Assembly (NCBI GenBank): GCA_051294905.1
Contig: CM119378.1
Span: forward strand, 3,846,001-3,910,000
From: Botryllus schlosseri
Lineage: Eukaryota
DNA length: 64,000 bases
Direction: 5' to 3'
Shown: positions 1 through 11,328 of the stretch, piece after piece
How positions within the stretch are numbered: position 1 is the stretch's first letter
Layout: each line of letters opens with the position of its first letter
Notes under the pieces: model-generated
The model's input: the letters and a program-made list of their open reading frames with translations, nothing else
What the model was told of the DNA's origin: nothing
Databases searched by the model: none
Position numbers and translations under genes: made by a program

Positions 1-1271
1 AAACCGATTCCGGAAAGACGCTAACCCAACCTTTTCGTTTTACAACAGCTATCGACATATGGCACAAAACTGTAGTGCGACGTGTCATATTGACAGTAGA
101 AAATGTAAGATTCGTGGACCTCACTGTGCGTTATATTATGGCATGGTTGGTACCGGGGTTGAGATGACTCGAGTCATATTCTCAAAATACGGAAATGACT
201 CGACTTGGACTCGAGTCATTGCATGCGCATGACTCGAACCAAGTCGTTTGACTCGGGGCTCTAGACGGCCAAGACCGACATTACCAAGAATATAGTAAAG
301 TAACCACACTATTGGGATTTCGTCTATTATGGTACTGGGACTTGAGAATGCGCCCAGAAACTGCTAAAAGTGAGGAAAATTAGGGGAGATGTGGTACCGA
401 TGGATCAAAAATTGCAAAATGATCTCCGGCCCTCAAATCTTCAGCCGAGAATAGCGGATCCTTTCCTGTCTCAACACTTTGATACAAGGTGTAACTATCG
501 CGGACATTAACATGGATATCCTCCTTTTCAAATAATACTTATAAACGTTTAAAATTTGTAGCTCAAACGTATCATCGGTCCCCACCCGATGGGTCCAATG
601 GCACACGACCACGGGACCTACGACTACGAGAAATACGCTCAAAACTCAAATTTTTCAACTTGTTCTGTGTACTATAAATCTAAGCTACAACGACCAGTGA
701 AGAATGTTTCGTCGCCACCTACAAGTATAAAATAGAATATACCAACTCAAATTTTGGGATAAAATCACGTTTTGGTTTCCGCCGAAACTTACAAAATTAA
801 TGTCACATACATATATTACCGGAAAATCGAAATTTTGCCTTTCAAATGCCGCCTAATAGCGATAAAACACCGCCGGTAACTATGAGTTACAGCCTTTATA
901 TAATGTAGGCGTGTTTCTGTTGTTAGGTGATTAGTTGGTCCAACTATTTTGCTTGATTTGGCTATGGTACCATAGGTCCCCCACCCTATAAATATTGTGA
1001 TTGAATTGAAAATAGTCCACTCGACGATGGTATGGATTCAAAAAATATGTGCCATTATATAGGCCTACCCTGGTACAAGCCCTATAATTCACATTAAAAA
1101 TTATTATGGGTTTGTTAGTTTGGAAGGTGATATAGAAAAATGTATATGTGGATCCAAATTTACTTTGCAACCCCTAAAAGGTAAATCATTTTGTTACAGA
1201 CCCCATAACTCACGCAGGTCGAAGTTTTTTGCATGTAAGGAAAAATTCTGCCAGCATGCCATTGTATAGAC

Positions 1272-2607
1272 CAGTGGTTCCCAACCTTTTTCGACTCATC
1301 GCCCCCTTTTAAAACTTCACAGCGATCATCGCCCCCCAAATATTGGGAACCGAAAAATGGGCATACAGACTGAAATCACCGGCGAGTTGACTAGGAAAAA
1401 AGGTCAACTTTTCGGCTCGACCTCGAAATTACACTTTTACGGCTAAATTTTGGTGAGTTGACTCACAAAAAAGGTGATTTCTCCGACCGACTTGATTCCA
1501 AGAGGACCGTAACAGCACTTCGTCAGTCCCCCCAATACGTTGGTCTTGTCCCCCCCAATTGGGCGATAAAGCAAACCTCTCCACCCCTCAGACCAAACTC
1601 CCCCGATACCTCTTTACCGCTACTTCTCAGCAAAAATTGTTGGCCTTTTCAGGTAATTCACGCTAAGCGCGGAAAATTTCTATCATTCATGATTGAATTG
1701 GTCAGTATGATCAGGAATTGCATATATATTGCTGTCAATTTTTATCCTCTCTCTGCTCATGTAATCAAATTTACCGGCAAAGCTGAGTGAGGTGTCTTGG
1801 AAAATTTAGGGCCCGTAAATAATAATTGAACATATTCGGACGGACCCGTGGGTATACTGACTTCGTTACGTAATGGCATTTCGTGGCCTGTCTGCTATGT
1901 CAAAATAAGATATTCAAATCGCCCATACGTACTGAACTAAAAGACGTACACGATTTCAAACTGGTATTTCTGCACTGGCAATTAATTTTTCTCTGCGAGA
2001 TGGCATTTGTTTTGTGGGGTTCTGATTGCCAGGACAGGAACATTTGGCGCCAGCCATTTAGGCGCCTATGGACAATTAAATATATATGTATATCATATAT
2101 ATATCGAAGTCGGTCAGCCTAAAGGTAGTCCTTTTCCGCCAAGGTTTTCTCGTGCTGGCACACTTCTCGGAGTCGCATGTTACATGGCCTAAAACTTCAT
2201 ATGTCTTGGTGCGTCATAGTGTGATAATGCCCATTTCTATAACTCATGCGTATTATTTCTTGGGGGAAAGGTATCCAATAAGTAAGAAATACGACACCAC
2301 GAAATGGCGCGCAGCGCCAAATTTTTTGAAAAAGTTGCCTAAATTTCCAAAATAATACTCTATAATTAATGTTAATTCACGAAAAAAATTGTGGGCCCCC
2401 TTCGAGCTCGGGCCCCCCATCTCAATTAAGGGTTTGAGTGCGGCAGTTACTGTCATGAACGCCAATATAACCATTTTAACGCGCCATCGCCCCCTATCGT
2501 CCCCTTCGTCCGTTTTCGCCCCCCTATCGCCCCCTTCGCTATTTTCGCCCCCCTGGATCGACAAATCGCCCCCTGGGGGGCGATATCGCCCACGTTGGGA
2601 ACCACTG
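1272..2607. mobile_element. hAT (Buster/Charlie-type) MITE
   Basis: TIR CAGTGGTTCCCAAC; perfect 8-bp TSD GTATAGAC; ATCGCCCC subterminal repeats. Confidence 0.9.
1501..2457. repeat. ~1-kb dispersed repeat with GGACCGTAAC termini (other copies ~42890-43250, 51071-52000, 60370-61277; short piece ~30805)
   Basis: Shared internal sequence (e.g. GCTGGCACACTTCTCGGAGTCGCATG) and inverted termini AGGACCGTAAC / GTTAC(T/G)GTC. No clean TSD. Confidence 0.7.
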
Positions 2608-3009
2608 GTATAGACAAAGTCGCGTACTGTAATCATGGGATTATCACAGAGTTTTTCAAGTATTTTTGGTCGCAGTGTTTCATCGGTACCACATCTCTCC
2701 CTATATTATAAATGCGAACCATCGAAATCGATATCACCAAACAGAGTTTTTAAAAGTGGGTTCATCAAGGCTTAACGGGAAACTGAGCAGTCAACACAAT
2801 GACTTGGACTCGTTGTCGAGTCATAATACCATGACTCGGAATCGACCCTCTGCTCGCTGATTTGGACTCGGACTTGAGTAGGTGGCGAATTGAAAATGAC
2901 TCTACTTGACTCGAGTCAAAACTATAAAAGTGAGATTGACTAGCGACTCGGAGCCTTTTGACTTGGTTACAAACCTTGGTTGGTGGTACATGGTAGTACA
3001 GCTTTATTA

Positions 3010-3230
3010 CATCAGTACCAGTTTATTAACAATTTAATCATTTCAAAACATAACGGGTCTTTGAAATCAGATACCCGCTTGGGGCTAGGTGATGTAAATA
3101 GGAGGCAGACACACTGAATGAAAAGTGAAAGGAGAAAAAATAAAAGGACAAGCGGCAAAAAGGTGGCATGTGACCTAACGCGAGATCGATGTACCATGTC
3201 GTGGTCCGCTAAACTTGAGGGCTGACTATT
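3010..3230 (-). mobile_element. CR1-group LINE 3' UTR fragment
   Basis: Aligns by eye with the 3' UTR of the longer copies at 40948 and 47392. Confidence 0.7.
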
Positions 3231-3489
3231 ATCCCCATCTATTGCGTCGCGGCGAATTTTTTATCCCCCGTAATCGGTAGATATTCGATGACGCGTTTTC
3301 GATATTACAAAAATTCGATAATATCACTCTTACACATAGGTTCAGATTCTGATGGCGACCTAGTGCAGTAGATCCCCCTTACTACTGCACTAGGAACAGG
3401 ACCTTAAGGCCATCTCAACGAAGCCCAGACATTCAACTCAACAATGTCAACATATGATCATATTACAGGCGGAGTCATTGGATTTAAAA

Positions 3490-3885
3490 TTAATTCAATT
3501 TATTATTAACAAACAGTTTTATCATTTCAGTACACCACAAGATGCGATACAATGAAAAGATAGGAATGTATCGAAACGACTTGGAGTAGGCCTAGTCTTT
3601 GAAATCAGACACCCACCTGGCCTAGACAATGTAGAAATGCGAGGCATGCACTGAATGAAAAGTAGAATAAGATAATATAAAAGTACAGGCAACAGAAAGA
3701 GGTGGCATATGTGCCAGAAAGCAAGATCGATATGTCAGGTCGTGGTCTGGGGTAAACTTGAGGGCTGCCGAGTATTGATCCAGTAGAAATTGCTTGTATT
3801 TCGACTTGAATATGGACACTGGACACTGGACATCGGACATGCTCGAGGACTGTCAGATAGCCGGCGAGATACTGTTTTTACACTG
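3490..3885 (-). mobile_element. CR1-group LINE 3' fragment
   Basis: Encodes ...FKSKYKQFLLDQ followed by the family 3' UTR. Confidence 0.8.
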
Positions 3886-4651
3886 CAGGCCCGTCATATT
3901 TGATGGAGTGATGATTAGGTCAAGTTTTCGCAACCTTTTTTACAGCTTCCGGCAGCTTCCTAAATACTCAGAAATTAAGTAGTATGATGTTTTAAGCTGT
4001 TAGGAGGAATCTTATATTGCAACTTTTTTCGATTTTTCATACAACTTTTTTCGATTTTTCTTGCAACTAACTTTTTACTGAATATATTTGGCACTTATCT
4101 GTGAATAGATCGATTGATTATTTCCGTGTAGTTTAAATCTGAGGTCCTTTCTGATTTGACGCACATTCAGGCTGGACCGCCAAAAATTATATTTTCACTG
4201 GGTAAAATTTTCAGGCTATTAATTTTGTTGAAATCGCCAACCGCCCAACACTGAGTTATGTTATAGTGCCTTGCATGCGGATCGATTCGAGTATCTCATA
4301 CCATAATAATTTCAAGGAACTTGTCCATAAATGCAACTTTTGTGAAAAATAAATGCAAGTTTCCACGGGTTAGACTGCAACAAAAACCTCCCCTCGTGAT
4401 GATCTTGTAAGTCGGAAATATGGTAGTTGGACGACGTGGGCCCGCGTTTGTTGTTGGCCTACTTATGAAATTTTGATACCGGGGTAAAGAAGTCATGTGA
4501 TCGTCCTATGCCGCGTTATCACAATATTTAGTTAAATATTCTTATCACACCTTATGTCGTGTAGCATACCGACGCATGCGCACGCTCCTAGACAAATGTC
4601 CAGCTATATGCTACATCTTATTTTGACAGTGTTCTACAATTATATAACGGT

Positions 4652-7600
4652 ATGAAAATAGTTTTAATCGCCTTCGTCTTTGCTGTGATAATCGAAGCTT
4701 CGTATGGGCAAGAGGATTTCCGCTCTGTCGATGGGGATGTACTGAGTGATGAAGCCCCTGGTTCGAAAGATTATGATCATGAAGCATTTTTAGGAGAAGA
4801 TCTCGCCGAGGAATATGATGAGATGGTGCCGGAAGAGAGTCAGAAACGCCTTGGGTAAAATCATATGTCTCTTCTAATGCAATGAAACCCTTTAGAGAAT
4901 CTATAACTGCATGTCGATGAGTAGGCCTATTTATAGAATTATATAGAGCTATAATAAACATTATATCAAGTAGGCCAACAATCTTTGCACGAGGTGGTAA
5001 AAGTGTATTGGTGATGTGCAAATTCAAATATAGCCAAAGCGTAAAAGTAATTCTGCGAATATCAACTCATTAAAACAGATGGTAGCATCTTCAAGACATT
5101 ATAAAATTATAAGAAAAACTGATAATTACATAAAGTATTCAGGTATATAGGTGGGCTAGTTTCGAAATGTTAATTGAGGTGCGTTGACGGGTGATGATTG
5201 TCAACTTTCAAGCACACTCATAACATGTGAGGAAAATCCATTGAAGTAACTAATTGACAAATATGAAATGTTTGAAATGAGCAAGTCTAACATTGCCATT
5301 GACTTACCTATACTTCATTAATGGTCGACCAACTTTTCATCTTTACCTGACAATATATATAGGCCTACTAATTACGTCAAAAACGAAATTTCGGTATAAG
5401 ACCCGATTGCTTCATCTACAGAGAAATATTTACGAAAATTGACGTTGACACTGACGGCAATGTAGACACCAAGGAGCTTGAAAAGTGGATAGCTAATGCG
5501 CAAGAAAATTATATTGGACGAGACACTGAAAAGCGTTTGGAAAAACTCGATTTAGATGAAAATGGGAGCGTGTCCTGGGAAGAATTCTTCAATGTCACCT
5601 ACGGAGAACTGAAAGGTGTGGTTTAAAGTGATGAAACTGTGCTGTGTTCATTCATATTGGAATAAGATTTCTGGTTTTGTACCTGTTAATATAGCTGACT
5701 TGATAGTTCTTCGACATAACCATATCAGTGCTTCCCAGCCGTCAGTTCGCGACCCATTTGTAATGTAATGTTTTATTGTGCGACCTATACCATGCGATAT
5801 GACCGGGCGAATAAGAACGTAATCCGACGTACAACGAGTCGTGTGAGTATAACGAGCTAAATTAGACGCCCACAAGTGAAATAGCGCGACAATTCGAGAA
5901 TGCGAGTGTATCAAGCAGACAAGAATACACGTAGGCTAATAGATAATAATTACAAACGAGAAAGCGCATGTTCAAGCATAAATTCCCCTTTTGCGTCGAA
6001 GAAGGGGTCCCCGAGTATAGCTTGCGTCGCCGCAATTGTTTGCTGCTTATATAATCGTGCTGGATGGCATGTTCCAATCAACGTTCGCATTTCGCAAAGC
6101 CATTGGGGGATTGAATGAATGATTTCAAACTTAAAGCCATACACAAAAACGTACTGTCCAATTTCGCGCTCCATCAAAATGACTGTCTAGAAAATCTGGC
6201 TCACGAATTATTGTGAACACGTGAACGTGGCCTACCGCACTTACGTGCGCAAAAAAATACTCTGGAGGCGGAGAACGTGTATTTGCCCGTCTACCGAGCG
6301 ATATAGTGTAATGGTGATGCGTACCAGCTACTTGATCGGTAGGCCGTAGACTAGATGACTAGACTATGATCGCATCGCCGTCGTCAAAAGCATCTCGATG
6401 GTGGTGGCGAAACCGAATACCCCCCTCTCTCTCTCTCTCGATGTGAGACGATAATGTGTTTGGCATTCTTCGCTTTTTTACGGCTGTTTCGCTATCCCAT
6501 CCTTGCAATAGTCTCATCACTGCGACGCCAAATTTCGTGGTATGACTTCTCGAGCCTGGAATACCTGTATGCCCGTCTGATTCTCTGATAGGTTTACCAT
6601 AACAGAAGCATATAGCAAGGTCGCAGGGAAACTCGCATTAAATTTGCGGCCCGAAGGTTTTATTAAATACCGCATATTTAGATGATGATTGGGATACCAA
6701 AGAAAACGATTTCAGTTACAGAGACATGCTCAACAAAGACAAAAACAGATGGAAGGTAAGCATTAAGCAATAACGCATCTCTAATGTTTTCTACAATAAC
6801 CAGCAATTCATATCATTTTATAATCAGGTCGCAGATACAGATGACGATGATTCTTGCAGTCTGGACGAATTGAATGCCCTCTGCCATCCACAACATTTTG
6901 ACCGCATGAGGAATCTTGTTTTTGAAGAAACATTGACGGAATTGGATGAAAACAAAGATGGATTTATTGATATCGAAGAATATATCAGTGAGTATTATGT
7001 TACTGGCACTTTCATATATACAGTCTACTCTGCTTAATCGGCCGAAATACTCAGGAACGGTACAAAGGTAAAAATTGCACGTGACAAACTTTGGTTAATC
7101 CGGACTATTCGCCGCTTTATTCGGACACAGACTAGCAATTCCTGTCGTAATAATTTGGAACAATAAACAGCAATTCTTTCGTTTTAACACCAGATGAGTA
7201 ATTATGGTGAAGCATTGACAATCCGTGCTGTAGCTATCGACAATGAACTCATCCAAGGTCGTGCCGGCTTCATAGTAGGTTTTTATTGGGTACAATTGCG
7301 TGCATCTTGTAGAACAGATTGGCATAGATTTGTTCAACAGAATAAGTGAAATTACTCACTAAAGTAAACAAAGAAAAAAGTAAGGCCACTGCCTTGACAG
7401 CTGCACAATTAGTTGCGTTGGGTGGGATATCAAAAAGTACTATTTGAACTCCAAATGCATGTGCTACATAGCCGTTTTTTATTGGGTACAATTGCGTTCA
7501 TCTTGTAAAACAGATTGGAGCAGCTTAGTTTAGCAGAAAAAAGTGAAATTGCTCAGTAAAGTACACGAAAAAAAGTAAAGACACTGCCTTGACAGTTGCA

Positions 7601-8531
7601 CTGTTAGTTGCGTTGGTGGGGATATCAATAAGTACTATTTGAACTCCAAATACATGTGCTACACGCTAATGCAGTGTACAGTGTTTGTTAAATGGTTTGG
7701 TATCGAAATACTGTACAATGCAACCAACCTGAAGGTATAACTAATTTGTGTTTTATGTGATCTGCGCCAATTACTGCAGTATAGCGCAGCTATATTATAA
7801 TTGTTCTATTACGCAACAGCGTATTTTGAATGCGTCGTGTGCCCGTACGCGTGACCACGAAGTAGACAATTGATTTTCCGCTGAATTAGTCCAAAACTGA
7901 GCGAAACTGTTTGAATTAAGCGGAGGTGACTGTATAGTAAATATAGTTTTGTTGAACGTACCCGTACAATTTCTTTAGGCGATGTTTATAAACCTGAAAA
8001 CGAGAACGAATCGGAACCAGAATGGGTGGAAGCAGAACGAGAGCAATTCAAGAGCGACCGGGATAAAAACAGCGACGGGAAGTGAGCTATACAATTATTA
8101 TCCATCTCGAAGCTTCTCAAGACTTTGGCTCTCTGCGATCCCACTCAAGTAAACATGGCGTCGCGCAATTTTTGCCTTTAATGTGATACTCTTCGTGATA
8201 GGCTGGACGAACAAGAAATTCGGGATTGGGTCACACCAGACAGTTCCGACTTCGCGCTTGACGAAGCCCAACACCTCATCGCCGAAAGCGATTCTAATCA
8301 GGTAGACCTATGTAGCACAATTTGCAGTGATACGATACTATTTGATACTTAGCAGTTTTTCAGAATATACTGGCGCTTCTCACTTAGTTACTTAGTTACT
8401 ACATGCTCCTGTTCATTATATTTCAGGATGGAGTGCTGACCAAGAAAGAAGTGGTCGGTAATTTTGATATCTTCGTTGGATCTCAAGCTACCGATTGGGG
8501 GAAAATGTTTGAAGGACACGATGAGTTCTGA
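4652..8531 (+). CDS. CALU: Calumenin-like (CREC family) secretory-pathway Ca2+-binding protein, 7 coding exons, 312 aa
   Basis: Exons 4652-4854, 5422-5615, 6682-6755, 6828-6987, 7979-8081, 8202-8301, 8427-8531. All introns are GT-AG with consistent phases; total 939 nt. Hydrophobic signal peptide ([19 protein letters not shown]); CREC motif YDHEAFLG...[11 protein letters not shown] loops [77 protein letters not shown] and [10 protein letters not shown] motifs; C-terminal HDEF as in calumenin. Confidence 0.95.
7021..7932. mobile_element. pogo/Tigger-like MITE in calumenin intron 4 (also in the pseudogene at 39059-~39774)
   Basis: TA|CAGTCTACTCTGCTTAAT ... ATTAAGCGGAGGTGACTG|TA; internal 196-bp tandem duplication at 7271-7663. 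Confidence 0.8.
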
Positions 8532-8622
8532 AATTCTTACTACCACGGGCAGTCGAACATATGTGCTAAGCCATATATTTGAATATTCAGCCATATCAAA
8601 TTTGTATCAAGCCTCATGGGAA

Positions 8623-8628
8623 AATAAA
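8623..8628 (+). promoter_or_regulatory. Probable polyadenylation signal of the calumenin gene
   Basis: AATAAA ~90 nt after the TGA. Conserved in the duplicate at 44964-44969. Confidence 0.6.
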
Positions 8629-8799
8629 ACGTTCATTCTGCCTTTTATAATATTTTCTAGCATCTTTTGATGGAGAGAGAGAGCGGCCTAGGTAGGCCTT
8701 TACACGTTGTTCTACTGTGCGGACTTACGGTGGTCTGTTATGTGCGCGGATAGGTTTTTTTGAGTAGTCCGACTCTTTTATAATTCACCACTATATCAC

Positions 8800-9045
8800 T
8801 TAAGTTTAGTAACAAATTTTATCAGATCAATAAACCCACAAGATTACGATACAATGAAGAGATAGGAAGGCGTCGAAACGACTTGAACTGTAGTCTTTGA
8901 ATTCAGACACACACCTGACGTAGGTGATGTAAAGAGGACGCATGTACGCTGAATGAAAAGTAAAGGAAGGTAACATAAAAGGACAAGCGACATAATGAAG
9001 TTGATGAGATCGATATGTCAGGTCGTGATCCGGTAATCTTGAGAC
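8800..9045 (-). mobile_element. CR1-group LINE 3' UTR fragment (co-duplicated at ~45150-45400)
   Basis: Same 3' UTR family as 47392-47660. Confidence 0.75.
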
Positions 9046-9104
9046 TAAATTTACCCGATACAAAGCCGAGTGCTTCTGCAGTAACCATTCCTAATAGTCG
9101 ATTC

Positions 9105-9500
9105 GTATATGCGTGCAAAATTACTGCCATTCACACAGGTAACATTCTAATAGCAACCCAAAAGAGTTTTTGACACGTTTGAATCGCAGCCTTCACTAGT
9201 GACTTTAATAATCAATATAATATAAAAAATTATCCACCCGGCAATGAAAAACTAGGAAAAGACTGAATGTATATAGATCTGAAGGCCACTTGTACCATGT
9301 CTGTTAATTGGCGAAACTATATGTCCCTATTGGAAAACCTGACACAATCTCTCAGTTATTGACAGACAGTGATATTTTTGGCATATGCCAAAAATACCAA
9401 AAATAGTTTATTTTTGGCATTTTTCACATTTTGTTTTTGGTAACGAGAGTAAAACAGAGCTGACAACGGCGTTGGAGAGTCAATTCACCCAATACAAAAA
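9105..9500. repeat. Dispersed repeat shared with ~24910-25355
   Basis: Colinear match, e.g. GACTTTAATAATCAATATAAT..AAAAATTATCCACCCGGCAATGAAAAACT. Confidence 0.75.
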
Positions 9501-9559
9501 AAAAACAGTAAAAGACTGAATGTTTGAAGGCCTGTGTATCGTAATCGTGAGGTTGCCTT

Positions 9560-10016
9560 GAAAAACGACGCATGCCAAATTTCAATTCATTCCAACCAAT
9601 ATTCGCGGGTTTCGTACAGTTTGAAAATTTTGAATTATTTTTTTCAAAATTTCCTTCCAACCCCACGAAATTGTTGCGCTGTCTTAAAAAACGATGCAAA
9701 ACAAATTTGACTCAATTCCAAGCCGTAGAAGTCGAGGTATTTCAGTTTTTCTTTGATAATTCTGGGATTATCCTTGATCGGTGGATCATCCCAGAATTAT
9801 CATCGAAAAACTTGAATAACTCTGCTGCTACAGCTTGGAATTGAGTCAAATTTGTTTTGCATCGTTGTTGAAGACTGCGCAACAATTTCACGGGGTTGGA
9901 AGGAAAATTTGAAAATAATATTTTTTGCATTTTTGGGCAAATTCAAAATTTTCAAACTGTACGAAACCCGCGAATATTGGTTGGAATGAATTGAAATTTG
10001 GCATGCGTCATTTTTC
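9560..10016. mobile_element. Fold-back (palindromic) MITE
   Basis: Two ~215-bp arms in near-perfect inverted orientation around ~9777. A diverged half copy lies at ~38230-38490. Confidence 0.85.
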
Positions 10017-11328
10017 GTGATGTCATAGCAAATGTTATTCATGATTTAACCTCTTGTAATGAACTTGGATTGGTTCCTTTTGGAGTAGAACAGGGTGGAG
10101 TTAGCATGTTTTCAGCTTGTGATATCAGACTATAATGATTCTCGAGGAAACCACAGCGATAGCTCAGACATTTTGAATTGCTGCTTCCTGCGGCAAGCTT
10201 ATAAATAGCACGAAGTACATGATTACATGTGCGTAGCCAGGGGTCGCGAGGGTCGAGTTTGAGAACCACTGAGTTAGATGGCGGTCCGGTAACCTCGAGC
10301 CCTGATTAGTATTTAACATTTCCTATACGTTGCATCCTTGCTCAAATGCTGATCCTTAATTCGATTTGGCCAGGGGTGCTTAACCTGCGAACGTGCGGCC
10401 GTAAAGACCATAATAATCCGGCAGTCTACTCATATTTAAATTAGCGTTTGTAGGCGGCCGTCATTATGCAATTTGAATTTACGAATTGATTCCCGAATAT
10501 TTGAGAGATTTCAATTCAATTTTCTTCGCGCTTGGCCCGATTCAGGTTGACTCGTATTTTTCGTTTTCAATGTAATAGTGCCCTCGCAATGTGAGCTCTG
10601 CCGTACAAATACGAACCGCGGAGGAAAATGATGCGCCCCAAAATAAAACACCAAGTTGGAATCGAGTGCGTCTCACGAATGAAGACTTTTCTGTTACGTT
10701 TGGGTGGTTCCAATATTTTTGACTATACCGCCAATTCTGATTGGAGTTCAAGAAATAACATTATCCCACGAAGTGATTAATAAAAACCGGAAGATGCATC
10801 ATCACTAATTTTGTGCCCAAGTTTATCAAAGACACCCCTCCATCAGCTCTACGGGTTAATCTGATCAGGTGGGCTGAGAATGAACAGAATTTTGTTACAT
10901 TACAATGTGAAACAACCAACATTATCGACGAAATTCATTCAAGAGGAAAAGTTTCCGCGCTCTGCGTGACTACAAACCTGATTCTGGTAACTTTTCCTGA
11001 CATTGATACTCGCTATTTTGGTGCATATGTTATGTATAGTAAGACTGCTGAGATGTTTTGCTTCTTCAATGAGAAAATTTTATACGCAAGGTAAAGCTCA
11101 AGAAATTTGTGACGGCACAGTACACCACAATGGCGCGCCGCGGTGCAAAGTTCCCACTAGCCAATTTCATGGAGTACTTATCGTCCACGGGACTCTCCGC
11201 TGGCATGCGGCGGTATATGTAATCGAAATGCGGCTTTCTACGATATCGGTGTATTATATGGTCAGGGGTGTACGAGTTTTGAGAAAATGTTGAAAGGGTG
11301 TACCACGATGATAAAGGTTGAAGAGCAC

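Larger units (their letters stand above)
383..2701. mobile_element. Non-autonomous TIR element with TA TSD (Tc1/mariner/pogo-like)
   Basis: TIR GGGGAGATGTGGTACCGATG at 383 and inverted CATCGGTACCACATCTCTCCC ending at 2701; TA on both flanks. Confidence 0.7.
154..2978. mobile_element. Old hAT-like MITE with GACTCGAGTC/GACTT subterminal repeats; host of nested insertions
   Basis: GACTCG-rich blocks at 165-260 and 2800-2965. Degenerate termini; imperfect TSD GTTGGTAC / GTTGGT(GGT)AC. Confidence 0.55.

Noticed and set aside
10813..11130. 93-aa ORF as a host gene exon
   Set aside because: No convincing splice context. It follows a hAT-like terminus at 10371 and only faintly resembles a decayed hAT C-terminal region, too weak to annotate.
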